Assembly: GCA_977862235.1 (NCBI GenBank)
Contig: OZ374560.1
Coordinates: 496,001-560,000 of the forward strand
Direction of reading: 5' to 3'
DNA length: 64,000 nucleotides
Origin: Dudresnaya verticillata
Taxonomy: Eukaryota
Part shown: in pieces, positions 35,767-49,522 of the stretch
Position numbering within the stretch: the stretch's first letter is position 1
How the letters are laid out: the number at the start of each line of letters is the position of its first letter
Made by a program: the position numbers and the translations under genes
Notes under the pieces: generated by a model
What the model saw: only the letters and a program-made list of their open reading frames with translations
The model's database searches: none
Told to the model about the DNA's origin: nothing

Positions 35767-36853
35767 GCAGCTTAGTTCTTCTTGTAGACAGAAAAAACTA
35801 CCACAGCACATTTGTCGATCTCGGCTTCCTTGCTTCAGCTATCGTTCGGTTCTTCTTTGGCCTTGTGAGTATGCGCTCAAATGATCTCTTCGAATGGCCT
35901 CATCAAGCCCCACATACGGTGCGCAAGATACCAGCTACTTGCTCGAGGATTTTCATCCTAGATTGTTAAGCAAAATAGATATCGTGTTCGTGAGAAAGAT
36001 CGTTCCTCTCCCCGAGGAACCTCAAGCAATAATGATCGGTTCTACTTTTCAGAATCCAGAACATCTATGTCCGTAAAAGCAGGAACACCTTTAAAAGAAA
36101 TAATGGCTTGTCGCCACGTTGCATTTGCAGTGCGACTTTGAAGTAGAAATGCGTTTTCCATGGCAGAGCTCCGTCGTATTGGTGGAGCACTGGAGACAGG
36201 AAAAAGTCTATCTGGTCTTGCCTTGTTGAACTATTCTATCGAGCAGCGCCGTCATGATCTTCTATAATGTGCTGACGGTTGAAAGAACATTCGATACAAA
36301 ATCGCTTGAGACTTATCGAACATAAAGGTGCTTATCGATAACCCTGGTTTAATACACACTTCTTCGAAGCACACGCCATGAGAAAAAGCTTAAGAGGGTA
36401 TCTACTGGGATAGCATGCCTTAGATGTGTAGGCCTTCTGGTCTGCTGCGCTGCCAGACCCATTCACTACAGGAATTTTGGCAGGGTTTAGCGTACTAGAA
36501 TATTTAAGATTGGTTTGGCGCACACAAAGCACAGCAAGGAAAGACACGCTATGTCCATCATCATCCAGAGCAACAAATATCGTTTCCCCTGTGTTTCCGG
36601 ACGGATATCTAGAGGGGGGTTTACAGCTTCATTCAAAAAGAGGACCTTGGGGTACTTCTGATTTATGTTTCTCGTGTGCAACTGCATACCCTTGCTGGCT
36701 GAGGAAGATAGGCTCTCCAGCTACCTAAAATTCCGTCCCTCCACACTCTCAGAAGTTAAAGAAGTATGGGGAGTACATGTGATCTAATACTTAGGTCCTG
36801 TCACAGGGTCCGTCCATGAAGAGAAAGAATAATCGTTCTCTTTCATACCTGTT

Positions 36854-38100
36854 TTAAAACCCTATGGGTGATTGCTCTACGGTCATGTCTATATGGCATG
36901 GCCAACGAATAGCACTCAACAGATACAGGATGAGTGTATAGGGTGCAGTATGCTGGTGTTTGTTTGGATGATGTGTCGGAGTACAGTCCTGTCGGGATGA
37001 ATTGTTGAGTAAGTGCTGGGTTGGCGGGGCAGGAGGGGCGAACAGAAGCAGTCTCAGAGAGTGCTGATTCTGGGATTCTGAAGCTGCGAACAGGCATAGG
37101 ATGGAGAGAAGTCTGCTAGTCGGTAGCTCTCTGGCTACACAGCCAGTCAAACGGTTGATGCAGAAACGTTCATTGCTTGTAATCAGGGGCATATCCGCAA
37201 CAATGTAGTGCCCACGCAGTGCCGAGTCGTACAAACGAGATTGCGCAGGTTAGCTTTTGTTACGGTAGAACGTATTGTCGCGCATTTAGCAATGATTACC
37301 CTTCTGACCACTTAACAGTGTCATGGAAACAGATGGCTTTGGGTGGACCAGAAGGCTCAAAAATGGGTCGTAGGAGCCGAATGCGGCGCGCGGTTCTTGG
37401 ATTAGAGGGAGGGATAGGGAACGTCCCTAAATGCCAGCGTATTATCAGCATACGATGGACGGGGCACAGCGGTTCTATGGCAGGTATGAAGTAGATCTGG
37501 GCGTACACAGGGGCCGGCCATGCGCGGGCAAGCGCGAGGCGCCAGGCTGTAATCTGAGCATGACGAAGTTGGCGGGGTGATTGTGGGTAGAGGATTGCTC
37601 CCCACAAGCCAGGTGTCGTCAATAACTTGCCAGCGGCGAGCATCGATGAAGCTGCACAAGACTTCGGTATCGCTGCTGCAAGAGAGTTGCCGGACGTGGT
37701 AGGTTAGGGCATGCTGGAGCTGCTGACGTCGATGCGAGTGGATAGCCATTCGAAAGAGGGCTCGCAGTTTGCGGAGCCTACTAGGAGGCATGTACGGTGT
37801 TCGTTGCCATATAGCAGTCCGGAAAAATGTAGTCTGCACGCTGTCCAACATTGATTCGAGTTCTGGCGTGAGGGGGTCAGCGCCAGGGCGTACTCGACAA
37901 TGGGGCCGTTCGGTAAATAAATCTTGCTGCGCGGGTGGGCATTCGGGGTGTGAGATGGCCAGCGGTGGCCAGCATGCGACAACTTGCTTAGCGGTCTTTG
38001 CCCGGTTGATCATAGCTTGGGAACCAATGCCAAGACTGGTGAGCACCATGCCGTTTGAGAGTGTGGGGTGTGTGCTATGCAGGCCACGAAATACAATCAT
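36854..38100 (-). CDS. Hypothetical protein or decayed gene (ORFs 37402-38100 and 36854-37234)
   Basis: 232-aa ATG ORF with protein-like composition followed by a second ORF; no recognised domain. Confidence 0.3.
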
Positions 38101-39770
38101 GGATGCCTACGCTGTACTTGTCATGCGCCGGTCACAATGAATAACCGGAAGCTTTGAAAAAGGTCAATAGGGTCTCTACGAAGCCTCTTGAAGGATTGAA
38201 AAGTGAACCGATAGCCGACGTAGGCTAGCTCCATCGCTCCCATTCTTCTATAGAATCGTGAATTGAACATCGGGGGATCTTGTCAAATGAAGGTGGCGTG
38301 CTGAAATTCCACAACAACTCTGCATATCCCGCAAGGTACATACTCGTTGAATGTCATACGACTTGACGTCACATGTTGGCAGTTTTGCATAGTTGGGCTG
38401 ATCTAACCTTCAAATAAGTTTAGCACCTGGGAAATGCTGAGGACAGAGAGATGGTTTGCCATGCAATTTTCTTGCCTATATGCGCAACTGCCGGCTGTTC
38501 CATGCTCGGAACGGTAGCGAATGTTCAGTTTACAGGATTCGCAAATGGGTAGAACAGTGGGCATCAGCGATAAGTCACCTGACTAGTGGTGCGACAGGAG
38601 GGCGGCTTGATACAACTACGACACACATCAATAATGGTAAGCAAAGAAGTGGGGCCATTTTTCGGTTACCTGCGTATGGAGTAATAGTCCTGGAAAGTTT
38701 ACACTGGGCGTGAAGTGCTGTCCCTTGAAAAGAAGATTGTGAGTTCATATCCCGTGGTGATGAAAGACCAAGTTGGACAAGTTACAGCTGCCAGGGAAGC
38801 ATTGTGTGGTATGCGTGACAGTTAGTCAACAGAAGGAGAGTGGATGGGCCAAGCAGTGCAGTTCTGTCGGAGGGGTGAGAGTAGAGGCAACAAAGATTGC
38901 AGCACATTAAAAAGGCGAATGGTTGTTGAGATGGCGTTGACACCGAGTCGCCGCTATGGTGTGTGCTCCTCTGCCATTGTTTGCTCTCTGTGTGTGTCCA
39001 TGAAGTTGTTGCGGAAAAAGTACCGAACAATAGCCGCAATGTAACCAATCAAGCACGTCAATGTTTTAGTACCACTCCCTTTCTGGACGGCTTTGTGGGG
39101 CCAATCGCTGACGTGACCACGGAGACCGCTGCGCCGTGCTGCACCAGTTCCGTACACCGTCATGATTGGCTGAGACCACTCTTCCTCACCCAATGGCTTT
39201 GCTCGATTCCAATCTTGACTGCTTCTCGACTTAAAACTCTAAAAGCTGTTCTTCGGGCCTCCAAAAGCCCAAAAGCTATTGTTCTTCGCACATTCGCTCC
39301 GACCCCCCGAGCACTTGTACCATCTTCTTCAGAGTTACGTGCCTCCTTACTGCTGATGCTTGCCGTCCCGATCGATCCGCTTGCCCCCGTCGAAGTACGT
39401 CATCTCCTTGAGGTCCCGGACGAGCAAATCAAAACACTCAAGGCACACTTAGATTGACCGGCCATTCTGCTAACAGCACTGAAAACGATCTACCCGACAG
39501 CCCCTCACAATCATCACAGTAATTTGCCGGAAACGCTTGACGGGAACACATCTCATCGACTATGTTGCTGCCTTCAAACTGTGTAGAACTGTAAACGACC
39601 AAATGAGAAGGCGCTTTCGTCTGAAAGGAATCGCTCACGGCACATGCGTCAGGAGCCCTCCTTTAATTAGTTCTCATCCACTTCTACGCGTATAAGTAGT
39701 CTGCTTCCTCAGCGGCTTCTCAACGGTGAGCAGAACAAACGCAATTCTCATATATCTACAGAGATATGGT

Positions 39771-40262
39771 ATGTCCCATCGAGAAACGGTCCCGACGGAG
39801 AAAAGACCACGTTCACCAACGACAGACATGCAGGACAACGGGACCGGCCCAGAAGGAAAGCGCCTGCGTCCCATACTACCAAGTCCTCAAGAAACTCAGA
39901 ATACGCCTGAGGGAGAAAGCTCTGACGCTTGTGCCAGGTCGGGTGCCAGCACCGCAGCTGCGGGTGATCTTCCGCAAAGCGTGCGCAACATGCCCACCGA
40001 GATGCGTGTCGCTATTCGACGGAGGCAGAATAATGCTAGTTCGAGACGAGCAAGGGAGCGGAAAAGGCAAGAGGATGCCGAATTGAGGGAGATGGTTGAG
40101 ACAAATATAGAGAAAATTGATCAACTTGAGAGACAGGTCCAGAAGCTTGAACAAACGTTAAAAGAAAAACGGGAGAAGAAGAGTAAGGATAAGGATGGCA
40201 GTAGTTCACGAGGGCAGGGGTCCCGACGAGGAACAGGCTCTGGCTCTAGCTCTGGCAGTTAG
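39771..40262 (+). CDS. bZIP transcription factor (C/EBP-PAR-like basic region)
   Basis: RRRQNNASSRRARERKR (N-x7-R) followed by the heptad LREMVETNIEKIDQLERQVQKLEQTL; first ATG at 39771. Confidence 0.85.
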   Translation: MSHRETVPTEKRPRSPTTDMQDNGTGPEGKRLRPILPSPQETQNTPEGESSDACARSGASTAAAGDLPQSVRNMPTEMRVAIRRRQNNASSRRARERKRQEDAELREMVETNIEKIDQLERQVQKLEQTLKEKREKKSKDKDGSSSRGQGSRRGTGSGSSSGS

Positions 40263-42224
40263 AATTATTGTTTCACCTCTAGCAGCAGTTTTGTGAAGAA
40301 TTGTTTCGTAGCTCCGTGCAGTGTAAACCTCACTGCGCTTGAATTAATGAAGAGAGATCGCGGGCTTTGCAATGCCGGAAAGGGAGTATACTAACTTGCT
40401 GGAAAGGGCTAGTATGCTAATTTGGAAAGGAAACAAACGGTGATTGACAGTATCGGCGACATACAGAGCCACGAAAGAAACCAATCGAGTGAGAGGCGAA
40501 GGAATTTCAATACCGGGCTTGGTACGTTGTCTATAGGCGAGAGAATCAGAGAGAGAGAGTTTGTGGATTTTACGAAGTGCCTGTCTTTGGTGGTCAGCCG
40601 AGAAATATGAAACCGCACAAGAATCGTTGTCTGAGAGAGTTCGTATCGTCTACTGGGACCAGTCTGAGAGAGAGAGAGAGCGAAAGATTTTGTGGAACTT
40701 TACTGGGACCATTGAGAGAGACACACAAGAGCGAGAGAGAACTTTATTCAAGAGCAAAGAGAGGCCACTTAAGGGCTTAGGAACCAGAGCTACCATAAAG
40801 ATGCGGCGGAGCTGGCTTGCGGCGATTGACACTCACCGCGACATATTGGAGACGTAAAGAGAGAAAACGAGTTGTGAGGCGAAGTTTCTCCGTAGATGGA
40901 GAGGTCCCGAACTTTCTGGCAATGAAATTAGCAAAACATGCATTGGGGGCGAAGTTCAAAGCCGGATCCAATACGGCCATAGACATCTACAAGCATAGGA
41001 TAGAGAATCATGTCCAAACTAACACTCGATATCCGTGCGTTTGACGCGTTCGCGGGTTGCAATTGCTTGGTCAGCAGCGCGACCAGTGGAGCCATGAATA
41101 GAATGGGGGCTGACGACCGAGACATCAAAACCATGGGGGTGCGGGGCAAAGCCACGATCAACAATATTGTGTGGACCTTTGCCGAACTAACAAAAAAAGC
41201 CAAACGCAACCGCAAATACCCATAAACATAGGGTGACAACGGATGAGTTGCGACTGACAATCGGCACGGGTGACGAAGTCGCGGACGGCGTAAGTGTAAT
41301 AGTAGCATTTTTTGTAGTCTGCAACACCTCGTTGCTTAATAGTAAGACTGTTTTTGTCTTTGAAGAATGGGCTGCATGGAGAGACTCCGTGTTGCATTGA
41401 AAGTGTGCTTTAAGGGAACAAGTCTTGACAATGAGAAACCTGCTCTCATCATTAGCCGCATAGCTGTAGCGGTAAGTCAAGCCGCTAGCATTGGGTACAG
41501 CATTCATCCCGCGAAAATGATCATTTTGTTACGTTGCGTGTTCGCAGCAGCAAGGGAAACGCATGTAATGCTATTGTTCGTTTTATGTTCCTTAACAGTA
41601 TACGCACGCAGGCCAAGAGCTGGGCGGACATCGTCCGATCTGTCCCTTTAGCGGCGCTTTCCAACCACGTTCTGCGACCAGCCGTATCAAACGAGCACAG
41701 GTCGACCTCACACCCGCTGTCCGCTTCCATCCAATGCGCATTCCCTATCGCGCTACGCCAATACCGCACCAGCGGACACAGGAGCGCAGAGACGACGCCC
41801 TGCGACGGCAGTGTAACCGACCTGCGCTGGAGGCAAAGCAACCGAAAGTCGTGCAAGCCGCCATGAGGCCAGGCTGGTAATTGGACCAATGAGCGGGCGG
41901 CGACGCATCCCGCGCTGCGGCACACGAGACAAATGTGCCCAATCAGCACGCGAGAAGGGCAAATCGATTCAAAATTCCCGCTTTTTTTCGCGCTGCGTGG
42001 GCCGCCGCCACGTTTCAACGGCTCGCTTGGCCCCTGCGCTTCTCGAAAACCGCCGTCATTCGCCGCAGAATCGCCCCTTCCGATTCTATAAATCCCGGGC
42101 CCCTGCGCCCCGACGCACCCACCCTCCACCCCCTCCATCCCCCCCAACCCCCCCACCCCCGCACCAAGGTAGCTCCACACTCTCCTCCGCCGTGCCTAAG
42201 GTACCATACCACCTACCCTTTAAC

Positions 42225-43025
42225 ATGCGCCCCTCTCCGCGCACAACTCGCGCCCAGCCCTCACCGCTCGCACCCGTCGCAACCATCCCCTCCAAGCCAC
42301 TCCCAAAAGTTGGCGACACCGTTTCCATCCGCTGGCACGACCACGGGCTCTTCTTCCCCGGTCGCCTGTGTCGCCGTCTGCAAGACCTGGGCGCCTTCAT
42401 CGTCGCCTACGACGATGGCGACCGCCTTTTGGCCCATCTTGACGACATGTACTGGCGTCTCCACACCCAAAGCTCCACTCACCACAATCACCACGTCATC
42501 ACCTACGAGCCCGGCGAGCTCACAACAATCGCTGCTGCTGCCGCAACCTTAAGCCCCAAGCATCCACCCCGTGTCAAGCCCCGGAAACCCCGATCGAAGT
42601 CCCAGCTCGGGCGCAAGCGCTCCCGCAGCGGCGTTCAGCACCGTCAAGCTGGTCTCAACATCAATTCTGCTCCGGCGGGTATGCTCACGTATACCCCGCA
42701 CCTACCTCCACCGTCACTGTCTCCCCAAGAAGAAAATCTTGTTTCATCCGGAAAAGTCGTTCGCTTTCCTGCAAAACAGCGCTACAAGTTGCTCCATGGT
42801 ACAAATCTTGAGGTGTCCAAGAAGCCGGTGACTGGACGTGTCAGCAAGTCCGCTCTAGAACGTAAACCCATTACTGCGAGAAAAACGTTCATTCGAGGTC
42901 AGGAGAAGATTGCCAGTAAGGTCCTCGAAGAGAACTCAAACGGACTTGCAGTGGAACAAGACACAGGAGAACAGCTTTGCCTTGGGTCGTTTGTATCGGA
43001 GGATCCCGGACAAGAGTTTTGCTAG
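42225..43025 (+). CDS. Second Tudor-like domain protein
   Basis: VGDTVSIRWHDHGLFFPGRL..FIVAYDDGDRLLAHLDDMYW; TATAAA at about 42087 favours ATG 42225 within the longer ORF 41889-43025. Confidence 0.72.
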   Translation: MRPSPRTTRAQPSPLAPVATIPSKPLPKVGDTVSIRWHDHGLFFPGRLCRRLQDLGAFIVAYDDGDRLLAHLDDMYWRLHTQSSTHHNHHVITYEPGELTTIAAAAATLSPKHPPRVKPRKPRSKSQLGRKRSRSGVQHRQAGLNINSAPAGMLTYTPHLPPPSLSPQEENLVSSGKVVRFPAKQRYKLLHGTNLEVSKKPVTGRVSKSALERKPITARKTFIRGQEKIASKVLEENSNGLAVEQDTGEQLCLGSFVSEDPGQEFC

Positions 43026-45140
43026 CTTCGTAGGACGCTTTTCGTTAAACTGTGTTTGCATATGAGTTTCGGAATACTGTATGTATTTGCTTTGTATCTA
43101 CCTCTCGCAGGCAACCATCTCTTCATGACTCGCTTCCTCGTAATGATTTCTGTCTGCGAAGGCATATCAAAGCGCTATTTCTATCCTGTGGGCTCTACCT
43201 TTGCTTCCCATCGCGATAACCGTCTAAGATATCTGCATTGTTTGTATCTCCAATAGCAGATGCTCCACGCCAGACTCTTCAGAACTAGACTTGCATTGGA
43301 AGGACTCCGTTTCCGTTCGAGCTCTGATACATTCTATAAACCCAAAACAAGCCAGAAGCTGATTCAAATGTCGCTTGCACTCTGAAGGGGAAAGCTCTTA
43401 GTTTCTTAATCGAAGAATAGGGCGCACTGCGTGAGTCTCAAGACACAATACGTTGCCAGACACCCCTTTTTAGGATCAGGCATGTGTGTATCGGCAAACC
43501 CGGTTATCCTCAACGAGAAAACAGAGATGGGGACTTCATAACATGGAAACTAGGCGCGCTACTACGCGCCTTCGTTCAAACTCTGTCGTGAAGATGGATG
43601 CCACCGTGGTTCACGGTAGGGGCTTAGTACGAGAAATGATGTGGCTGTTTCGAGGTGTTTTTTAAGTGTCCGACAGGTGGCATTACGAAAGACTCTTCAA
43701 TCTGTACAAATCGACACTATGCAGAGCAAAACCTTTTAGATAGCCTTGCACAACAGCAAAACACTTTGGAGAAAAGTGAACTGCTCATTTGTTGAAGCCA
43801 ATTTCTGTCCAGGAAGGAACTCGTAGCAAGGAACCACTTGGGCCTTCCCATACACGCAGTAGCATTGCAGAAGGCACCTATTCTAGACTTCTAGCTACAG
43901 AGATAAATACGAATTATACTCTCTACTGCAGCCGTTTCAGAGGAAATTAGTTGCGTTGGACGGACTGGGAAGTGTTGGGCTGGTTCTGAAAGCAGCTTCC
44001 TAGCAGATCCCACGGCTTCCATCCTTCGTCCCATTTCCGTCCCCCACACAATAAAGTACTAAAGCCGGGACATCATGACATGCCCTCCGCACCCACGCCA
44101 ATCTCTGTAGCTGACAACCGCCATACCTCCTGCCCAATTACCGCTCCATTGCGCGACCAGATGTCCTCCGTTTAAGCCCCATGCATACCCTTCCACGTCC
44201 CTGCCGGCATTCCTCCGCAAGCGTCCCGCACCCGACACCCCCGCCAGGCGCGCACAACCGCAAGACTCGTAGATACCTCGCGCTGGTTGGTGCACTTTCG
44301 AAGCATTTTTACCTTTTTTGAAAGTGCACCAGTAGTGTTGCAGAACGGCCCCTAGCAGCGAACCAATGAAAATGCGTCTTGAACTCGCCTTGACACACAG
44401 AGGGAGAAGTGGGACTTCAATCATTCACGAAAGAGGGCTGGGACATGCCCTCAAAAAGAGGGCAAGTCGAGGCGCCAACAGTTAATTTCCATAGCGGTAC
44501 CTTGCAGAGCCTGTGAGCCGAGCTTGGCGAAGATGACATCGCGTTCTATTACCTGCCAGGTTCCCCGTCGAGCGAAATAAAGTCTACAACCCCCCGTAGT
44601 GCAAACATTCGCAGCCAATTCAGACAGTAATCGGTCACTCCCACAATCATGAGGCGAAGGATGCAGAGCGGAGAAAATTTTTAGGCTCAATAGCTTTGAC
44701 CCGAAGCAGAGCCAGTTGGAACCCATTCGGGACCATGGGCAACTTGTATTTCCTTCATCATCGTCATCTGTATCAACAATGGCCCAGACTAGTAGGATCT
44801 TTCTATTTGCTCTAATGTAAACCGTGCCGACAAATCCCTTCTCCTGAGAAGTACCAAGATATCTTAGCTCTTCAGGGCAACCGTAAACACGTAGTAATAG
44901 CTGGCCACGACTGTATCTAGGCCCCTTTTCATTTCTTCACGGAAAATGTGAACATTTAGAATCCCCGGGTGCCATCGTCGGGTAGAAAATGTTGGCGGGA
45001 AGCAAATATTTGCTGATACCGATACATTTCGCACCCCACTGGAAAGGGCGGAGAAAGCATTCTTATACCACTCAAAGCCGACGTCCGCCACAAGACAGCC
45101 ACCCTCACCTTCCTGTTTCATCCCTTGTTGTTACCCCAGA

Positions 45141-46001
45141 GTGCGAACCGAGGTCGCGCACTACAGGTTACTTGTTCTGCCACCAGTTTCAAGCATTCCG
45201 CTTTGCGTCAGAATGTCCCAGTGCCGCAACCACAGGGCGGTCTGGAACCAGCAACGCTGGCTGAACAATCTCGGCGAGTGCACGATAGCGACACGCGGCG
45301 TTCGTGACTGCCATCAAGACTCAATTTTGGAGAACAGGAGAGAGATTGCTCGCTTGACTTCGCGCAAAGCGGGGAAACGAGATGCGCGAGTCCAGGAGCT
45401 AGCGGTATCGGCCATCAATCACCGTCGAGTTGTGTTTGGGATCCAGGAGCTCCTGAAAATGTTCCACGTGTTGCTGGTGTGTCAAGTTTCTTTCTCAAAG
45501 CTCCGGTCGATTGGCAGCATCGGCATGAGGCACCGGGGCAGCGTTGTGAGTCTTATCGTTGCGGAACGATTTCTGTCGCTTTCCCCATTGACAGAGGCAG
45601 TTCGCCTTCTTGCGAACTACTTCGGTAGAGATGAGATTGAAGGTATCCGATCCGGAAAAGGGCCATTGTATGAGGCGGTACCGTCCATCATCAAGGAATC
45701 ATTTGATTCAGTCGCGGTGGGCACTGAAGATACATCCGTGGAGATAGACAGCGCTGTTGCCGCTTACGATCGTTTTGGACGCCAAACGAGGGCTCAGCAT
45801 ACAGCCCCTTCTACTGAAGTTGCTGTTCGTGAACAACTTGGAATGAGTAGCAGAGGTTTCTCGGCCTTTAGACGCCAACTCTCGACACGAGATGCCACAA
45901 CACCGCAGTTGGATAGAAATGATCAGCAGACGTTAGAAGATACTGATGAAATGCTAATCGGAAGGTATGAAGACTTGAGATGCTTTCCACGCAAAGGTTG
46001 A
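45141..46001 (+). CDS. Hypothetical protein (286 aa)
   Basis: Long ORF in otherwise stop-rich sequence, helical composition; no recognised domain; start uncertain. Confidence 0.45.
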   Translation: MRTEVAHYRLLVLPPVSSIPLCVRMSQCRNHRAVWNQQRWLNNLGECTIATRGVRDCHQDSILENRREIARLTSRKAGKRDARVQELAVSAINHRRVVFGIQELLKMFHVLLVCQVSFSKLRSIGSIGMRHRGSVVSLIVAERFLSLSPLTEAVRLLANYFGRDEIEGIRSGKGPLYEAVPSIIKESFDSVAVGTEDTSVEIDSAVAAYDRFGRQTRAQHTAPSTEVAVREQLGMSSRGFSAFRRQLSTRDATTPQLDRNDQQTLEDTDEMLIGRYEDLRCFPRKG

Positions 46002-49000
46002 GAGGGATTAACCTCGCTGCGTCAAGGTTGAGAGGGATAACTTTAGCTAATCAAGTCATTTTGTCACATAGCCTAACTGATTTCAGCGGTGCTAGCTGCT
46101 TACCGCACGCGGAAGATGGAAGAGAAGCAAGATATCTGATCTAATGCTGTTATACGTTGACAGCCGGCCTCACCAGTCTGCAGAACTGAATCTCTTTTTC
46201 TAGTCACGTTAGGTCTCCCCACAGTAAACTTCTAATCTTTGCAGTGATAGCACGCTGCTCTGTTCTGTATCTCATCACATTAGCTATAGTAGTGGCTTAG
46301 TAGCTATAGCTGTCAGGTATGGTAAACACGGCCGAGAAGACATTCTGGGAACTGTAGGGAACAAGGTTGAAATATCTCATCGGCAAGCGTGTTCCACCCT
46401 TCTCCAACTAGCAATACCCTCCATTGAAAACCCTTACCCACTTGGCGTCCAGTCCGCCCTAGAATAAGACCCGCTGGTAGCTAAACTGCTTGTTTATCGC
46501 CAGGACTATTATGACGTTCACTTCAGCCCTGTTTCGCTACCAGTGCATATGATATTCCTGGTTCTCTTCGTACCAATGCTTTAACCAATGAGGGGAATTT
46601 GGCTGCTAACAGCAGCTAATGGCTGTCCAAACATTGCGGTAAGAAGGCTGAAGAGAGACAATTTCGCAGGGTCGGGGGAAATGAGGTATGCTTTTAAAGA
46701 AGCATTCTCTTCCTTAAGAATGGAGAGTTTGTCAAATGGCTGGATGCCCTTCTGAAAGGTAAAAGCACCAATTCCATCATAGAGAGACTTTTCTTTCAAA
46801 AACAAGACAGAATCCCGTTAAGGGGCGAAGAAAATATAACTACTGTGAATACGAGGGGGGGTATGATAGCTTGTTCGATTTACGCCCATCGCAACGCACT
46901 GGAGAACTAAATATAGAACAAAATAGTAGGATGAGTCCCCATGTGGGCGGAGAGGAACCATGCTTGCTCAAAATGAAGTTGGATATGCGCTGGGTTCCAC
47001 GGTAGAAGCCGGAGAGAGACGGGGAACTTTGGGGTTAAAGCCGGAGCCAACAAGGTCATAGATAATCCGAACCAAAGAATGAAGAGCCATGCCCAAACTA
47101 CAGCACACACGGCGGAAATGAGAGTGTTTGAAGCGTTCGCAGGCGGCCTTAGCTTGGCCAGCGACACAAGCATGGAATCATTAATGAAATCAGGACTGAC
47201 GACTGTGAGTGTCCTAGCCACGAGCATCAACATAGATGGTACCTGCTGACCGGCCTGCTTATTGAAGTCGGTTCAATAGTGGGCACACCTGCCGATACTC
47301 TGTGTTGTGGTATCTTTACTCTTTCCCTTAGCTGCTTTCTTATGCTGTATACGCATGCATGTTCTTTTTCTCTAACAGTGTTCATCCTCCAAGTTGCATT
47401 AGTCAAATCGTACAGTAGGCTGCCAGTTGAGTGGTGTCTTACTCCTCAATCCATCGCCTTAGTCAACAGTACATGATGCACCAGTCTCACCATGACAGTG
47501 CTCCATTCTACGATACGATTTAATTGTTACAGCCATAGTAACATTACTGGTCTCACCACAATCGCTTCTACTGCGATAGGAAGATGTTGCCATATTGTAT
47601 TGTATCCCAACACTGCCTGAGTCCAAATTGGCCATTTTCCTTCTGCGGCCCACAACAGGAAATGAGATCGCCTGCCAATCACGCAGGGAGACACATTCTC
47701 CAGACAGAATGGGTAAAAGGGATTAACTCTTACACGGATGCACGGGCATCCCCTGTGGACTACTACTGTTGTGTTATGTTATTTCATGTACTGTGCTAGC
47801 AGTTGAAGGATATGAAAAGGCATAGCTGGCTAGCGGTGCCGTGTAGCAGCTAGCTCGTAGCGTAGCAGTTAAGGTGGCGTGTTGTTCGTTTTAGTGAGAA
47901 AATATGCATCAGCAAGTACCTGGACAATTCCTGTTGATGAAGGTAAAGCATGTCACTACTACCGAGCCTACCACTCTCTCACAATGGGGGAGACGGCATA
48001 GTCCTCCCACCAAATATGGTGCTGTTTGATTGTTTTTGCTTGTTCCGTGCGGTCCGTAGTCACAGCCATTTTCACAAGAGAAACGCCGTAGCATCAGTCA
48101 ATTTTCCTGGTCTCCACAAGCCGAACCACAGGGCTCGTTTTAAGGCCCCCAGTTATTCTGGGTAAGCTGGTAGCGGAGCACTTGAACGCCAATGCGCTTA
48201 AAATCAGGCTCGTCAAAGTGTAAAAGTTAACATCGCTTTAAAGTATGGCCAGCTGCGCTGCGAGTGCACGATGACACCCATGCTTGAGAAGATGTTGATA
48301 GATATTGATAGATAGTCAGTCATAAGGGCCTCCGGCACATATTTCTTTACCAGTTGAAAGTGTTCCCAAATTTTCCGTAACGACAATGCAAACCGGCCGA
48401 GGTAAACATCTTCGAAGACTGTCTGCTTCTCAGCCCATCTTTGCGTGGCTTCAAGTCCTTCCTCAAGATGGTAGAGAACGGCATTAGAGAATCTCGACAG
48501 CGCATTGCAGCGGGATGCATGGATGATCAGCGTGGCCTAGGCCCGGGTATCAGTTTGACGAGGAAATGGAGGCTTTTGCCACCGTTTCCTTGTAAATAAA
48601 GTGAAGTTTCCCCCGCGTGACCTTTTCTGGTCTATGACTTAAGGGTCTTCTCTCTTGTTCTTTAAAAAAGGTCTCTCTCTCTCTATCTCTCTGATCTATG
48701 CTATTTTTTATTCACGTACTAGTGCCAAATATCGCTTCCATGCCCTGTTTGTTGTTCTTCCTTTAAATGCCCTCACGTTGTGAATTCCTATTGCGTTGTC
48801 TGCCACGCATCTCAAAACTGTTTCAATCTCAATAAATGCGAGCTGCTTTGTGCTAACACCGCTCTTCAGAAACACAGCTTTCGAAATCATGCCCGTAATA
48901 GTTTCCCTTCGACACCAGAAAAATTTGTTTACGCGCAGTTCAACCTGAACGTGTCCAGTACTTGATAACGGCCGTCACATTCCCCATAAATTGTTAGTTC

Positions 49001-49072
49001 CTTTTAGTCATGCTTCATGTTTCAAGTCAAGTTACCATGCTAGGTTAGTTAAAAACGCCTCATCGCTATGCT

Positions 49073-49522
49073 CTAGAAAGGATCTCCAAAGAACTTCTGC
49101 TTCTCAAAATATTCTCCCGATTGCGTTGCACTCCGCCTAGGGCCGTTCTCCATTCTTCCGCTCTTTTGCCTCGTCCGCTTCTCCTTTAGCTTATTCTCAA
49201 GCTCATTAACTTGTTTCTCGAGGCTGCCAATGATTTCCGCATTTTTCTTCACCTTCTCCCTCAAGTTCTGCTCCTCTCTACGGCGACGATCGCGTACCCT
49301 TTTTGCACTTTCGTTGTTCTTCCTGCGGCGTTCTGTGATATATTTATCTTCATGTGGGCTATGCGCGCTCCCAAATATCCCGTTTCGTGAATTCGAGGCA
49401 CTGGGACCTGCTCCGTATCCCGTATACAGCTCCGAGTCACTTTGTACAGCAGTTGGAATCATTGGAAGGATTGGAGTGGCTCGCTTTCGCTGGATGCGAG
49501 ATTTGCTACCCGAAGAACTCAT
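49073..49522 (-). CDS. bZIP transcription factor
   Basis: RRRKNNESAKRVRDRRR + zipper IIGSLEKQVNELENKL; C-terminus GEYFEKQKFFGDPF. Confidence 0.88.
   Translation of the reverse strand: MSSSGSKSRIQRKRATPILPMIPTAVQSDSELYTGYGAGPSASNSRNGIFGSAHSPHEDKYITERRRKNNESAKRVRDRRRREEQNLREKVKKNAEIIGSLEKQVNELENKLKEKRTRQKSGRMENGPRRSATQSGEYFEKQKFFGDPF

Noticed and set aside
40548..41225. GA-rich tract and adjacent short ORFs as a gene
   Set aside because: Microsatellite-derived low complexity and fragmented frames with no recognisable domain.
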